From contig NC_086108.1 in NCBI RefSeq assembly GCF_963921235.1, positions 186,001 through 250,000 of the forward strand: a stretch of DNA of 64,000 nt, read 5' to 3'. The notes beneath the pieces are model-generated. The model saw only the letters and a program-made list of their open reading frames with translations. It was not told the origin of the DNA and ran no database searches. A program made the translations under genes and the position numbers. Within the stretch, counting starts at the first letter, position 1. The number at the start of each line of letters is the position of its first letter. Shown here piece after piece: positions 37,265 through 50,595 of the stretch. The DNA comes from Mobula hypostoma (Eukaryota).

Positions 37265-38735
37265 TTACCAGGATGCTGCCCAGATCAGAGAGCATGGCTT
37301 TATGGAATGGGTGAACGAGTTAGGGCTTTTCTCTTTGGAGCGAAGGAGGGTGAGAGGTGACTTGATGAAGGAGATGAAAAAGGCATAGATCAAATGGGCA
37401 GTCAGAGACTTTTTCTCAGGTTGGAAGTGGCTAATGGGGAAGGGGGGCATCATTTTAAGGTAATTGGAGGAAAGTATAGGGGGGATGTCAGAGGTAAATT
37501 CTTCACACAGAGAGTAATGAGTGCATGGAACACCCTGCCAGGGGTGGTGGTAGAGGCAGATACATTAGGGACATTAAAGAGACTCTTAGATGGGCACATG
37601 GATGATAGAAGAATGGAGGGCTCTGTGGAAGGGAAAGGTTAAATTGACCTTAAAGTAGGTTAAAGATTAGCACCACATCGTGGGGTGAAGGGCCTGTACT
37701 GTGCTGTCAGGTTCTATGTTCTCTCCCTCCACAGCTATATATTCTTACCATCATTAAGGAACCCCACCACCCAGGACGTGCCCTCTTCTCATTGCTACCA
37801 TCAGGGAGGAGGTACAGGAGCCTGAAGACCCACAGTCAACGATTCAGGAACAGCTTCTTCCCCTGTGCCACCGGATTTCAGAATGGACATTGAGCCCAGG
37901 AACACCACCTCACTGTTTCTTGCAGTCTTTTTGCACTACTCATTCAGTTTAATTTTTAGTATGTTTCCTATTGCAACTTACAGTGTTTTTATGTCGCAAG
38001 TTTCACAACAACTTTCCCAATATATGTCAATGATGTGAAACCTGATTGTGATCAAGTGTGGTGATTCATCACTGGTGATACGGAACAGAATCAGAATTTG
38101 GTTCATATCACTGGGGTACGTGGTGAAACTTGTTGTTACGTGTTAGCAGTACAATGTAATACATAATAATCAAAACTGTGAATTACTGTATATATATAAA
38201 ACAGTTAAATTAATTAAGTAGTGCAAAAAGAGGGGGAGCAAAGTAGTGAGCTCGTGTCCATTCAGAAACCTGATGGCTGAGGGGAAAGAGCTGTTCCTGA
38301 ATTGTTGCGTTTGTGCCTTCAGGCTCCTGTACCTCCCCCCTGATGGTTGCAGTGAGAAGAGGGCATGCCTTGGGCGATGGGGGTCCTTGATGGTGGAGGC
38401 CATCTTTTTGAGGCATCGCTCCTTGAAGATGCCCTGGATGCTGGGGAGGTTAGTGCTCATGGTGGAGCTGACTGAGTTCACAACTTTCTGTAGCTCCTTT
38501 CGGTCCTGTGCAGTGCCCACTCCCCCACCATACCAGATGGTGATGCAGCCGATTAGACTGCTCTCCATGGTATATCTGTAGAGATTTGCAAGTGTCTTTG
38601 CAGACCTACTAAATCACCTCAGCCTCCTCATGATACATAGCCGATGTTGTGCCTTCTTTGTAACTGCATCGATATCCTCAGAGATGTTGACACCCAGGAA
38701 CATGAAATTGCTCACTCTCTCCACTTCTGATCCCT
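37265..38735. mobile_element. Cluster of LINE 3' fragments: CR1 (+, 37265-37720), Rex1/Babar (+, 37740-38050; -, 38090-38735)
   Basis: FFTQRV; PSGRRYRSLK and ESSLIGCITIWYG motifs. Confidence 0.8.
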
Positions 38736-38737
38736 CT

Positions 38738-41700
38738 ATGGTGGTGAGCAGCGAGCTAAATGGACCTTCCAGGTCGGAGGAGGCTCGGCAGGTGAAGCTA
38801 ATGACTCAAATTATCAGCTGATATAAGCAAGGCTCGTTCTCGGGGAGCGGCCTTGTCGAGGGAAGTGCCTTGTGAGAAAAGTGCCAGTCTTTGGCTCGGG
38901 AGTCTTCGGCGAGGAGGCTGAGAGTGAAGACTACGCCACAGTTGGACAGGGTGAGAAGTGGTGAAGAGATGACCACTAGGCTGATTCAGTGTGCTGCGTG
39001 CATGATGTGGGAAGTCAGGGACACTGATAACGCCTCTGGCTCCTGCACCTGTGGAAAATGTGTCCAGATTCAGCTTCTGAAGGACCGTGTTGCAGCACTG
39101 GAGAGGAAACTGGATGACATTAGGTTCATCTGGGAGAACGAAAGTTTTCTGGACAGGACCTACAGTTAGATCGTTACACCCAGGATACTGGAAGAGAGAA
39201 GGGGGAGGACGATGAGCAAGGAAAGGATGCTTGAAGTACAGGAGACCCCGGGAGCTGTGCCTCTCGTAAACAGGTTCTCCCTCTTGGAAGCTGGCGGGAC
39301 AGAAGACAGTGCCAGTCTGAGAGGCGGAGGGGTCTGCGAGTCAACAATTGGCGCTGAGGTCCGAGGAGACAGACGTCAGGCAGAGCCGTGGTAGTAGGGG
39401 ATTCCATAGTGAGAGGTACAGAAAGGGGTTTCTGTGGCAACAGGCAAGATTTAAGGATGGTGTGTTGCCTCCCTGGTGCCGGGATCCAGGATGTCACGGA
39501 CTGATTGCAGGGAATTCTCAAGAGTGAAGGTGAACATCCGGAAGTGGTAATGCATGTGGGCACAAATGACGTGGGGAAGAACGGGAAAGACATTCTACAG
39601 CGTGATTTCAGAGAACTCAGAAGAAAGCTGAAAAGCAGGACTTCCAGGGTGGTTATCTCCAGTTTGCTTCCAGTTCCCCGTGCTGGAGTGGTCAAGAACA
39701 GAGAGATAATGGATCTGAATGTGTGGCTGAGGAACTGGTGCAGGAAGCAAGGATTTACATTCTTGGACCACTGGGGTATGTTTCGGGGTAAGGATGAATT
39801 GTACAAAAGGGACGGGTTGCACCTTAATAAGCGGGGCACCAGCATTCTGGCAGGCAGGTTTGCCTCTGCAACACGGGTGTGTTTAAACTAAGTAGTGGGG
39901 GGGAGGGGACGAACTGGAAACATACGGATGGAGATAAAGGGAAAGTGAGAATAAGAAAAGTTAAGAAAGTCAGCAGAATCAACAGAGCAGAAAGCTCAAG
40001 AAGGGATCGTACAGTATGGCCAAGTGAAATAGGAATCGATATGGGAGGTGAGGGGAGTAATGAATTAAAAGTATTGTATATGAATGCACGGAGAATAAGA
40101 AATAAAGTGGATGAGCTTGAGGCTCAGTTGGAAACTGTATGATGTTGTGGGAATAACAGAGACATGGCTTCAAGTGGACAGGGCCTGGGAAATGAATATT
40201 CAAGGGTATATGTCCTATCGAAAGGACAGACTGATGGGCAGAGGGGGTGGGGTGGCTCTGTTGGTGAGGAATGATATTCAGTCCCTTGCGAGGGGGGACA
40301 TAGAATCAGGAGATGTAGAGTCAGTATGGATAGAACTGAGAAATTCTAAGGGTAGAAAGACCCGAATGGGAGTTATCTACAGGCCCCCAAACAGTAGTCT
40401 GGATGTAGGGTGTAAGTTGAATCAAGAGTTAAAGTTGGCATGTCGCAAGGGTAATGCTACAGTTGTTATGGGGGACTTCAACATGCAGGTAGACTGGAGG
40501 AATCAAGATGGTACTGGAGTTTGTGGAGTCCCTCCGAGATGGATTCTTAGAACAGCTTATACTGGAGCCTACCAGAGAGAACACAATTCTAGATTTAGTG
40601 TTGTGCAATGAACCGGATTTGATCAGGGACCTCGAGGTAAAGGAGCCATTAGGAGGTAGTGACCATAATATGCTAAGTTTTATAGACAATAGACAATAGG
40701 TGCAGAAGTAGACCATTTGGCCCTTCGAGCCTGCACAGTCATTCTGAGATCATGGCTGATCATCTACTATCAATACCCGGTTCCTACCTTGTCCCCATAA
40801 CCCTTGATTCCCCTATCCATAAGATACCTATCTAGCTCCTTCTTGAAAGCATCCAGAGAATTGGCCTCCACTGCCTTCTGAGGCAGCACGTTCCACACCT
40901 CCACAACTCTCTGGGAGTAGAAGTTCCTCCTCAACTCTGTCCTAAATGACCTACCCCTTATTCTTAAACCATGCCCTCTGGTACTGGACTCTCCCAGCAT
41001 CTGGAACATATTTCCAGCCTCTACCTTGTCCTATCCCTTAATAATCTTATATGTATCAATCAGATCCCCCCTCAATCTCCTTAATTCCAGCGTGTACAAG
41101 CCCAGTCTCTCTAACCTCTCTGCATAAGACAGTCCAGACATCCCAGGAATTAACCTAGTGAACCTACGCTGCACCTCCTCCACAGCCAGGATGTCCTTCC
41201 TTAACCCTGGAGACCAAAACTGCACACAATACTCCAGGTGTGGTCTCACCAGGGCCCTGTACAAATGCAAAAGGATTTCCTTGCTCTTGTACTCAATTCC
41301 CTTTGTAATAAAGACCAACATTCCATTAGCCTTCTTCATTGCCTGCTGCACTTGCTCATTCACCTTCAGAGACTGATGAACAAGTACTCCTAGATCTCTT
41401 TGTATTTCTCCCTTACCTAACTCCACACCATTCAGATAATAATCTGCCTTCCTGTTCTTGCTCCCAAAGTGAATAACCTCACACTTATTCACATTAAACG
41501 CTATCTGCCAAGTTTCTGCCCACTCACCCAGCCTATCCAAGTCACCCTGAATTCTCCTAACATCCGCATCACACGTCACACTGCCACCCAGCTTAGTATC
41601 ATCAGCAAACTTGCTGATGTTATTCACAATGCCTTCCTCTAAATCATTGACGTAAATTGTAAACAGCTGTGGTCCCAATACCGAGCCCTGTGGCACCCCA

Positions 41701-44442
41701 CTAGTCACCACCTGCCATTCCGAGAAACACCCATTCACTGCTACCCTTTGCTTTCTATCTGCCAACCAGTTTTCTATCCATGTCGATATCCTCCCCCCAA
41801 CGCCATGAGCTCTGATTTTACCCACCAATCTCCTATGTGGTACCTTATCAAATGCCTTCTGAAAGTCAAGCTACACCACCTCCACTGGATCTCCCGCGTC
41901 TATCTTCCTGGTTACATCCTCGAAAATCTCCAATAGATTAGTCAAGCATGATTTGCCCTTGGTAAATCCATGCTGGGTCGGCCCAATCCTATCACTGCTA
42001 TCAAGATATACCGCTCTTTCATCTTTAATAATGGACTCTAGCATCTTCCCCACTATGGATGTTAGGCTAACAGGGCGATAGTTCTCTGTTTTCTCCCTCC
42101 CTCCTTTCTTAAAAAGTGGGATAACATTAGCCATTCGCCAATCCTCAGGAACTGATCCTGAATCTAAGGAACATTGGAAAATGATCACCAATGCATCTGC
42201 AATTTCCAGAGCCACCTCCCTCTACAATTTGAGAGGGAGAAAGGAAACTCGGAAGTGTCAGTATTACAGTTGAACAAAGGGAACTATGGTGCTATGAGGG
42301 AGGAGCTGGCCAAAGTTCAATGGAACAATACTCTAGCAGGGATGACAGTGGAACAGCAATGGCAAGTGTTTCTGGGAATAATGCGGAAGGTGCAGGATCA
42401 GTTCATTCCAAAGAGGAAGAAAGATCTTAAGGAGAGTAAGGGGAGGCCATGGCTGACAAGGGAAGTAATGGACAGTATAAAAAAAAGAGAAGTATAACAT
42501 AGCAAAGATGAGTGGGAAGCCGGAGGATTGGGAAACTTTTAAAGAGCAACAGAAGGTAACTAAAAAGGCAATACGCGGAGGAAAAATGAGGTACGAAGGT
42601 AAACTAGCCAAGAATATAAAGGAGGATAGTAAAAGCTTCTTTAGGTATGTGAAAAGGAAGAAAATAGTTAAGACCAAAATTGGGCCCTTGAAGACAGAAG
42701 TGGGTGAATTTATTATGGGGAACAGGAAATGGCAGTCGAGTTGAACAGGTACTTTGGATCTGTCTTCACTAGGGAAGACACAAACAATCTCCCAGATGTA
42801 ATAGTGGCCAAAGGACCTAGGGTAATGGATGAATTGAGGGAAATTTATATTAGGCATGAAATGGTGTTGGATAGGCTGTTGGGTCTGAAGGCTGATAAGT
42901 CCCCGGGACCTGATGGTCTGCATCCCAGGGTACTTAATGAAGTGGCTTCAGAAATCGTGGACGCATTGGTAATCATTTTCCAATGTTCTATAGATTCAGG
43001 ATCAGTTCCTGTGGATTGGAGGGTGGCTAATGTTGTCCCTCTCTTCAAGAAGGGAGGAAGAGAGAAAACAGGGAATTATAGACTGGTTAGCCTGATGTCG
43101 GTGGTGGGAAAGATGCTGGAGTCAATTATAAAAGATGAAATTACGACACATCTGGATAGCAGTAACAGGATTGGTCCAAGTCAGCATGGATTTACGAAGG
43201 GGAAGTCGTGCTTGACTAATCTTCTGGAATTTTTTGAGGGTGTAACTATGAAAATGGACAAGGGAGAGCCAGTGTACCTGGACTTTCAGAAAGCCTTTAA
43301 TAAGGTCCCACATAGGAGATTAGTGGGCAAAATTAGAGCACATGGTATTGGGGGTACAGTACTGACAGGGATAGAAAATTGGTTGGCAGACTCGAAACAA
43401 AGAGTAGGGATTAATCGGTCCCTTTCAGAATGGCAGGCAGTGACTAGTGGGGTACCACAAGGCTCGGTGCTGGGACCGCAGCTATTTACAATATACATTA
43501 ATGATTTAGATGAAGGGATTAAAAGTAACATTAGCAAATTTGCAGATGACACAAAGCTGGGTGGCAGTGTGAAATGTGCGGAGGATGTTGAGATAATGCA
43601 GGATGACTTGGACAGGTTGGGTGTGTGGGCAGATGCAGTTTAATGTGGATAAATGTGAGGTTATCCACTTTGGTGGCAAGAACAGGAAGGCAGATTACTA
43701 CTTGAATGGTGTCAAGTTAGGAAAACGGGAAGCACAACAAGATCTTGTACATCAGTCACTGAAAGCAAGCATGCAAGTACAGCAGGCAGTGAAGAAAGCT
43801 AATGGCATGCTGGCCTTCATATCAAGGGGAATTGAGTATAAGAGCAAAGAGGTCCTTCTGCAGTTGTACAGGGCCCTGGTGAGACCACACCTGGAGTGCT
43901 GTGTGCAGTTTTGGTCTCCAAATTTGAGGAAGGACATTCTTGCTATTGAGGGAGTGCAGCGTAGGTTCACAAGGTTAACTCCCGGGGGAATGTCATATGT
44001 TGAAAGACTGGAGCGACTGGGCTTGTATACTCTGGAATTTAGAAGGCTGAGAGGGGATCTTATTGAAACATATAAGGTTATTAAGGGATTGGACACGCTG
44101 GAGGCAGGAAGCACGTTCCCGCTGATGGGTGAGTCCAGAACCAAAGGCCACAGTTTAAGAATAAGGGGTAGGCCATTTAGAACGGAGTTGAGGAAAAACT
44201 TTTCCACCCAGAGAGTGGTGGATATATGGAATGCTCTGCCCCAGAAGGTTCTGGAGGCCAAGTCTCTGGATGCTTTCAAGAAAGAAATGGATAGAGCTCT
44301 TAAAGATAGCAGAATCAAAGGTTACGGGGATAAGGCAGGAACTGGATACTGATTGTGGATGATTAGCCATGATCACAGTGAATGGTGGTGCTGGCTCAAA
44401 GGGCCGAATGGCCTACTCCTGCACCTACTGTCTATTGTCTAT
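38738..44442 (+). mobile_element. Near full-length CR1 LINE (ORF1 zinc finger + SGNH esterase; ORF2 APE + RT), inactivated
   Basis: CAAC..CGKC, VVVGDSIVRG, HVGTND and DGLHLN; GITETW, IYRPP, GDFN and SDH; KSPGPDG, QGSVLGP and FADD; (TCTATTG)n tail. Contains stops and frameshifts. Confidence 0.92.
40682..42219 (-). mobile_element. 5'-truncated CR1 inserted antisense into the 38738-44442 CR1
   Basis: Minus-strand RT ORFs 41871-42215, 41031-41828 and 40770-41009; same TCTATTG tail. The host reads through the site (AAGTTT..TCTACAATTTGAG). Confidence 0.92.
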
Positions 44443-44519
44443 TAACGATTTAATCTGCGAGATGTAGATGATTTCAGCTGAGCTGACATCTTGTAGATGA
44501 TTTACAGCTCAGTTCAAAG

Positions 44520-47500
44520 CGACATCTCAGCTCAATCAGGGTCGGGAATTAAATATCAGGTAATACGGTAGGATAGGCAGGAAGGTAAGGGAGGTGGGGT
44601 AGCACTCTTAATTAAGGATGAGATCAGGGCAACAGTGAGAGACGATATAAGATCTTCTAAGAAGCAGAATATTGAATCCATCTAGGCAGAAATTAAGGAA
44701 CAGTCAGGGAAAAAAAATCACTGGTGAGAGTTGTCCATCAGCCACCGAATAATAACATTACAGTGGCACAGGCAATAAACAGAAATATCTCAGGCATGTA
44801 AGAATGGAACAGCAGTTATCATGGGAGACTAACTTGCACAAAGATTGGGTGAATCAAGTTGATCAGGACAGTCTTGAGGAGGACTTCACAGAATGCATAA
44901 ATGATGGCTTTCTTGAACAGCATGTTACTTAACCTACAAGAGAATCTGTTATCTTAGATCTGGTCCTGTGCAATAAGACAGGTAAAACTAGTGATCTTGT
45001 AGTTAGGGATCCTCTTGGAAAGATTGATCACAGTATGATTTAGTTTCCCATACAAATGGAGGGTGCAAAAGTTTGATATAAAACTGTTGTGTTATGTCTA
45101 AACCATGGAGACTACAATGGGATGAGGAAGGATTTGGCTAGTGTCGACTGGGAACACAGGCTATATGGTGGGACTATTGAGGAACAGTGGAAGACTTGCA
45201 AAGAGATTTTTCATGGTGCTCAATAAAAGTATATTCCAGTAAAAAGCAAGGACAGTAAGGGTGGGGAGAGCCAGTCTTGGATGACTAAGGATATAAAAGA
45301 AGGCGTCAAACTAAACACTTGTGAATAGAAAGCCTCCAAGTGTAGTGGGAAACTGGAAGACTGGGAAAACTTTAAAAAGCAACAAAGGACCATCAAGCAA
45401 GTAATAACAAAAGGGAATAAAGAAAGAAAATAAAGAAAATATAAAAACTGAGAGTTAAAGTTTTTATAATTATATAAAGTGGAAAAGGGTGGCTAAAGTG
45501 AACATAGGTTCCTTGGAGGATGAGAAGTGGGAATTGATATTGGGCAACGAGGAAATGGCAGAAGCTTTGATTGACTATTTTGTGTTGGTCTTCACGGGGG
45601 AGGACATGTTTAACATGCCAAAGAGATATGTTATGGAAGTGATGGGAGGTGAAGACCTCGATACAATAGCTATCATTAAAGAGGTAGTGCTGAGCAAACT
45701 TGTGGGCCTGAAGATATATAAGTCCTCTGGTCCTGATGGAATGTATCCTGGTGTCCTAAAAGAGATGGCAGAAGATATAGTAGAGGCTTTGGTGAGAATC
45801 CACTAAAATTCTCTGGACTCTGGGCGGGTTCTGGTGGATGAGGAGACAGCGAATGTCACGCCACTGTTCAAAAAATGATGTAGGCAAAAGCAGGTAACTA
45901 TAGATCAGTAAGTTTAATATCTGTAGTTCGGAAAATGCTTGAAGCTATCATTAAAGAAGAAATAGCAAGACATCTGGCAAGAAATGGATCCATCAGGCAG
46001 ATGCAGCATGGATTCAGCAAAGGCAGATCCTGTTTGACAAACTTACTGGAGTTCTTTGAGCTTATAATGAGCGCAGTGGATACAGGAGAACAGATGGACG
46101 TTATTTACTTGGATTTCTGGAAGGTGTTTGATAAGGTGCTGCATAAAAGACTTATCAATAAGATAAGGATGCAAAGAGTTGGGGTGATGTATTAGCATGG
46201 ATACAGGATTGGTTAACTGAAAGAGAGCAGAGTTGGGATACATGGGTGTTACTCTGGTTGGCAATCAGTGGTGAGCGGTGGTGCCGTATGGGTCGGTGCT
46301 GGGCCTGCAACTGTTCACGATATATATTAACGATCTCGAAGAGGGAATCGAGTGTAGTGTATCTAAGTTTGCTGATGATACCAAACTGAGTGGAAAAGTA
46401 AATTGTGCAGAAGATACAGAGAATACGTATAGATAGGTTAGGTGAGTGGGCAAGGGTCTAGCAGATGGAGTACTATGTTGGTAAATGCGAGGTCATCTAC
46501 TTTGGAAGGAAAACTGGAAGAGCAGATTATTATTTAAACGGTAAAAATTTCCATCATGCTGCTGTGCTGAGGGACTTGGGAGTAATTACGCATGAGTCAC
46601 AAAAGGTTGGTTTGCAGGTGCAGCAGACTATCACAAAAGCAAGTGGAATGTTGGTCTTCATTACCAGAGGGACTGAATTGAAGAGCAGGAAGGTTATGCT
46701 GCAACTCTACAGGGTACTGGTGAGGCTGCACCTGGAGTACTGCAGGCAGTTCTGGTCTCCTTACTTGAGGAAGGATATACTGGCTTTGGAGGCGGTGCAG
46801 AGGAGGTTCACCAGGTTGATTCCAGAGATGAGGAGTTTAGACGATGAGGAGAGATTGAGTAGCCTGGGACTGTACTCGCTGGAATTCAGAAGAATGAGAG
46901 GAGACCGTATAGAAACATACAAAATTATGAAGGAGATAGATCAGATAGAGGCAAGAAAATTGTTTCCACTGGTAGGTGAGTCTAGAACTAGGGGACGTAG
47001 CCTCAAGATTTGGGGGAAGTGATTTAGGATGGAGATGAGGAGGAACTGCTTTTCCCAGAGGGTGGTGAATCTGTGGAATTCTCTGCCCAATGAAGCAGTG
47101 GAAGCTACCTCAGTAAATATAATTAAGACAAGGTTGGATAGATTTTTGCACAGTAGGGGAATTAGGCATAGTCATACTTTATTGATCCCAGGGGAAATTG
47201 GTTTTCGTTACAGTTGCACCATAAATAATAAATAGTAATAAAACCATAAATAGTTAAGTAGTAATATGTAAATTACGCCAGGAAATAAGTCCAGGACCAG
47301 CCAATTGGCGCAGGGTGTCTGACCCTCCAAGGGAGGAGTTGTAAAGTTTGATGGCCACAGGCAGGAATGACTTCCTATGATGCTCTTTGTTGCATCTCGG
47401 TGGAATGAGTCTCTGGCTGAATGTACTCCTGTGCCCACCCAGTACATTATGTAGTGGATGGGAGACATTGTCCAAGATGGCATGCAACTTGGACGGCATC

Positions 47501-48640
47501 CTCTTTTCAGACACCACCGTCAGAGAGTCCAGTTCCATCCCCACAACATCACTGGCCTTACGAATGAGTTTGTTGATTCTATTGGTGTCTGCTACCCTCA
47601 GCCTGCTGTCCCAGCACACAACAGCAAACATGATCGCACTGGCCACCACAGACTCGTAGAACATCCTCAGCATCGTCCGGCCGATGTTAAAGGACCTCAG
47701 TCTCCTCAGAAAGTAGAGACAGCTCTGACCCTTCTTGTTGACAGCCTCAGTGTTCTTTGACCAGTCCAGTTTATTGTCAATTCGTATCCCCAGGTATTTG
47801 TAATCCTCCACCATGTCCACACCGACCCCCTGGATGGAAACAGGGATCACCGGTACCTTAACTCTCCTCAGGTCTACCACCAGCTCCTTAGTCTTTTTCA
47901 CATTAAGCTGCAGATAATTCTGCTCACACCATGTGACACAGTTTCCTACTGTAGTCCTGTACTCAGCCTCATCTCCCTTGCTGATGTATCCAACTATGGA
48001 AGAGTCATCAGACAATTTCTGAAGATGACAAGACTCTGTGCAGTAGTTGAAGTCCGAGGTGTAAATGGTGAAGAGAAAGGGAGACAAGACAGTCCCCTGT
48101 GGAGCCCCAGTGCTGCTGATCACTCTGTCGGACACACAGTGTTGCAAGCACACGTACAATGGCCTGCCAGTCAAGTAGTCAAGAATCCATGACACCAGGA
48201 AAGCATCCACCTGCATTGCTGTTAGCTTCTCCCCCAGCAGAGCAGGGCGGATGGTGTTGAACGCACTGGAGAAGTCAAAAAACATGACCCTCACAGTGCT
48301 CGCTGGGCAGGTGTCCAGGTGGGCGTAGACACGGTGCAGCAGGTAGACAATGGCATCCTCAACTCCTAGTTGGGGCTGGTAGGTGAACTGGAGCGGATCT
48401 GAGTGTGGCCTGACCATAGGCCAGAGCAGCTCCGGAACAAGTCTCTCCAGGGTCTTCGTGATGTGGGAGGTCAATGCCACCGGTCTGTAGTCATTGAGGC
48501 CACTGGGTTCTTGGGAAAAGGCAGGTAGGTGGAGATGAGTCGATGGCCAGATCAGCCATGATCTTATTAAATGGTGGAGTAGGCTTGATGGGCCAGATGG
48601 CCTACTCCTGTTCCTTTTTCCTATTTCTTATGTTCTTATG
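44520..48640 (+). mobile_element. Older CR1 ORF2 copy, interrupted near its 3' end by Rex1/Babar
   Basis: Decayed APE/RT. GGAATTAGG (47166) resumes as GGTTCTTGGGAAAAGGCAGG (~48506). Confidence 0.88.
47168..48505 (-). mobile_element. Rex1/Babar LINE RT, 5'-truncated (408-aa ORF 47254-48480)
   Basis: ALTSHITKTLERLV, FFDFSSAFNTI, GAPQGTVLSPFLF, LSDD (from FSDD) and RKSFLPVAIKLYN. Confidence 0.93.
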
Positions 48641-49560
48641 TAGGAGGTGGCAGTCTGGTGCTTATGGTCTCACTCCAAGGCTTGACTGATGAGAAATTTC
48701 CACTTTGTATAAGGTGCTGTTCTGGTCTCGGGGGCCCATCTATGTTCTCCTGAATATCAGGCAGCTTTTTGTGTGTCGGGCATAGAATGGAATCGAGATA
48801 TGAGGACATGAGTTCAGTGGGGCAGTAGCAGGCAGAGACAACAGGCCTACCCGGAGAGTCCGTTCTGTGGATCTTTGGTGGGAGGTAGAAGCGAGCAGTG
48901 CAGGGTTAGGGAACTACGAGTTTGGTAACAGTGGTTGGGAGATCTCCAGAGTGGATGAAGTCAGTGATGTGTCGGAGACAGTTTTCTGATGGTGTGGAGT
49001 GGGGTCGTCCTCGAGGGGTAGGTGTGAGGAAGTGTCTGAGAGTCGCCGCCTGGCCTCAGCAAAGTAGAGGTCAGTGGGCCACACTACAACAGCATCCCAT
49101 TCGCCTGCCAGTTTGATGGTCAGGTTGGGATTGGTGCAGGGAGAGTAGAGGGCAGTGCATTCAGTGGAGGAGTGAAGCAGTGATGAAGTCGAGATGGTTG
49201 ATGTCCCGTCGGCAATTCGAGATCAGAAGATCTACCCTCCCTCCTTGTCACCACTCCAAGCCCACTGCCAACATCGAGAGTGCCAACTTACCACAGGGAT
49301 TGAAACATCAAGTCCTAGTAGCTCTACTACTATTGGAGAGCATTCTAACCGGCTGCATCACTGGTCTGGTATGGAGGGGCCACTGCACAGGATTGGAAAC
49401 AACTGCGGATGGTTGCAAACTCAGGCGGCTCCAACACAGGATATAGCCCACCCCCTCCCCCTCAGCATCAAGGACATCTTCAAAAGGTGATGCCTCAGAA
49501 AGTCGGCATCCATTATGAAGGACCCCCCATCACCCAAGACACGCCCTCTTCTCATTGCTA

Positions 49561-49917
49561 CCATCAGGGAGGAGGAACTGGAGCCTGAAGACACACACCC
49601 AATGATTCAGGAACAGTTTCTTCCCCTCCGCCATCAGGGAGGAGGTACAGGAGCCTGAAGACACACACTCAGCGATTCAGGAACAGTTTCTTCCCCTCCG
49701 CCATCAGGGAGGAGGTACAGGAGCCTGAAGACACACACTCAGCGATTCAGGAACAGTTTCTTCCCCTCCGCCATCAGGGAGGAGGTACAGGAGCCTGAAG
49801 ACACACAACCAATGATTCAGGAACAGTTTCTTCCCCTCTGCCATCAGGGAGGAGGTACAGGAGCCTGAAGACACACACCCAGTGATTCAGGAACAGTTTC
49901 TTCCCCTCTGCCATCAG
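49561..49917 (+). repeat. Five 70-bp tandem units within a Rex1/Babar 3' end
   Basis: CCATCAG at 49561, 49631, 49701, 49771, 49841 and 49911. The unit encodes PSGRRYRSLKTHTQRFRNSFFPSAIR. Confidence 0.95.
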
Positions 49918-50495
49918 ATTTCTGAATGGACACTGAACCCATGAACACCACCTCGCTGCTTTCTTTGCTCTCATTTTGCACTCTTTAAATTTTGTATCAG
50001 GATCAGGTTTAACATCGCCGGCATACGTCATGAAGTTTGTTAACTTTGCTGGAGCGGCACAATGCAATAACAAGCGAATTACAGCAAGTATATGTACAGT
50101 ATATTAAATAGATAAACTTAGATAAGTAGTGCAAAAAACAGAAAATTTACAAAAAGAAGTAATGAGTTCATGGGTTCAATGTCCATTTTGAAATCTGTGT
50201 GTATAAGCTATCTTATGTTTTCATATTTATTCTGTTTTTTTTAAATTACAGTGTTCTTTATCTTACTGTGTTGGTCATCTTGTGTTTTTTTTTGTCCTGT
50301 ATCAGATCTGGAGTTACATTTATTTTGTTCTCCTTTACACTTGACATTAACCAATCGTGGAGTTCTCCTGCGTTCCGAGAATCAATCAGTAACTTCACTG
50401 AGGAACTGAATCGACTTGCAGCATCTAAGGTCCCTCTTTTGGGCAACACTCTACGAGCAAGCTGGGTGCATCGGAAGCTTTCAAACTCCCCTTAC

Positions 50496-50595
50496 CTTCG
50501 AATATTACTTGCTGCTGGCTTTCCACCTGACCGGCCTCCTTCGGGAGAGGAGCCCAAAGAAACGTGCGGTAATCTCTAGCTGTACTCAGTCCAAC
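50496..50595 (-). CDS. CALCOCO2: SKICH-domain exon 2, CALCOCO2/TAX1BP1-like (VGLSTARDYRTFLWAPLPKEAGQVESQQQVIFE)
   Basis: ttttgccgcAG and AAG|GTAAG boundaries, 100 nt, phase 0->1, in frame with 53257-53427. Compare TAX1BP1 VGWSTARDYYTFLW and CALCOCO2 QQEVQF. Family is secure; paralog is uncertain. Confidence 0.85.
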
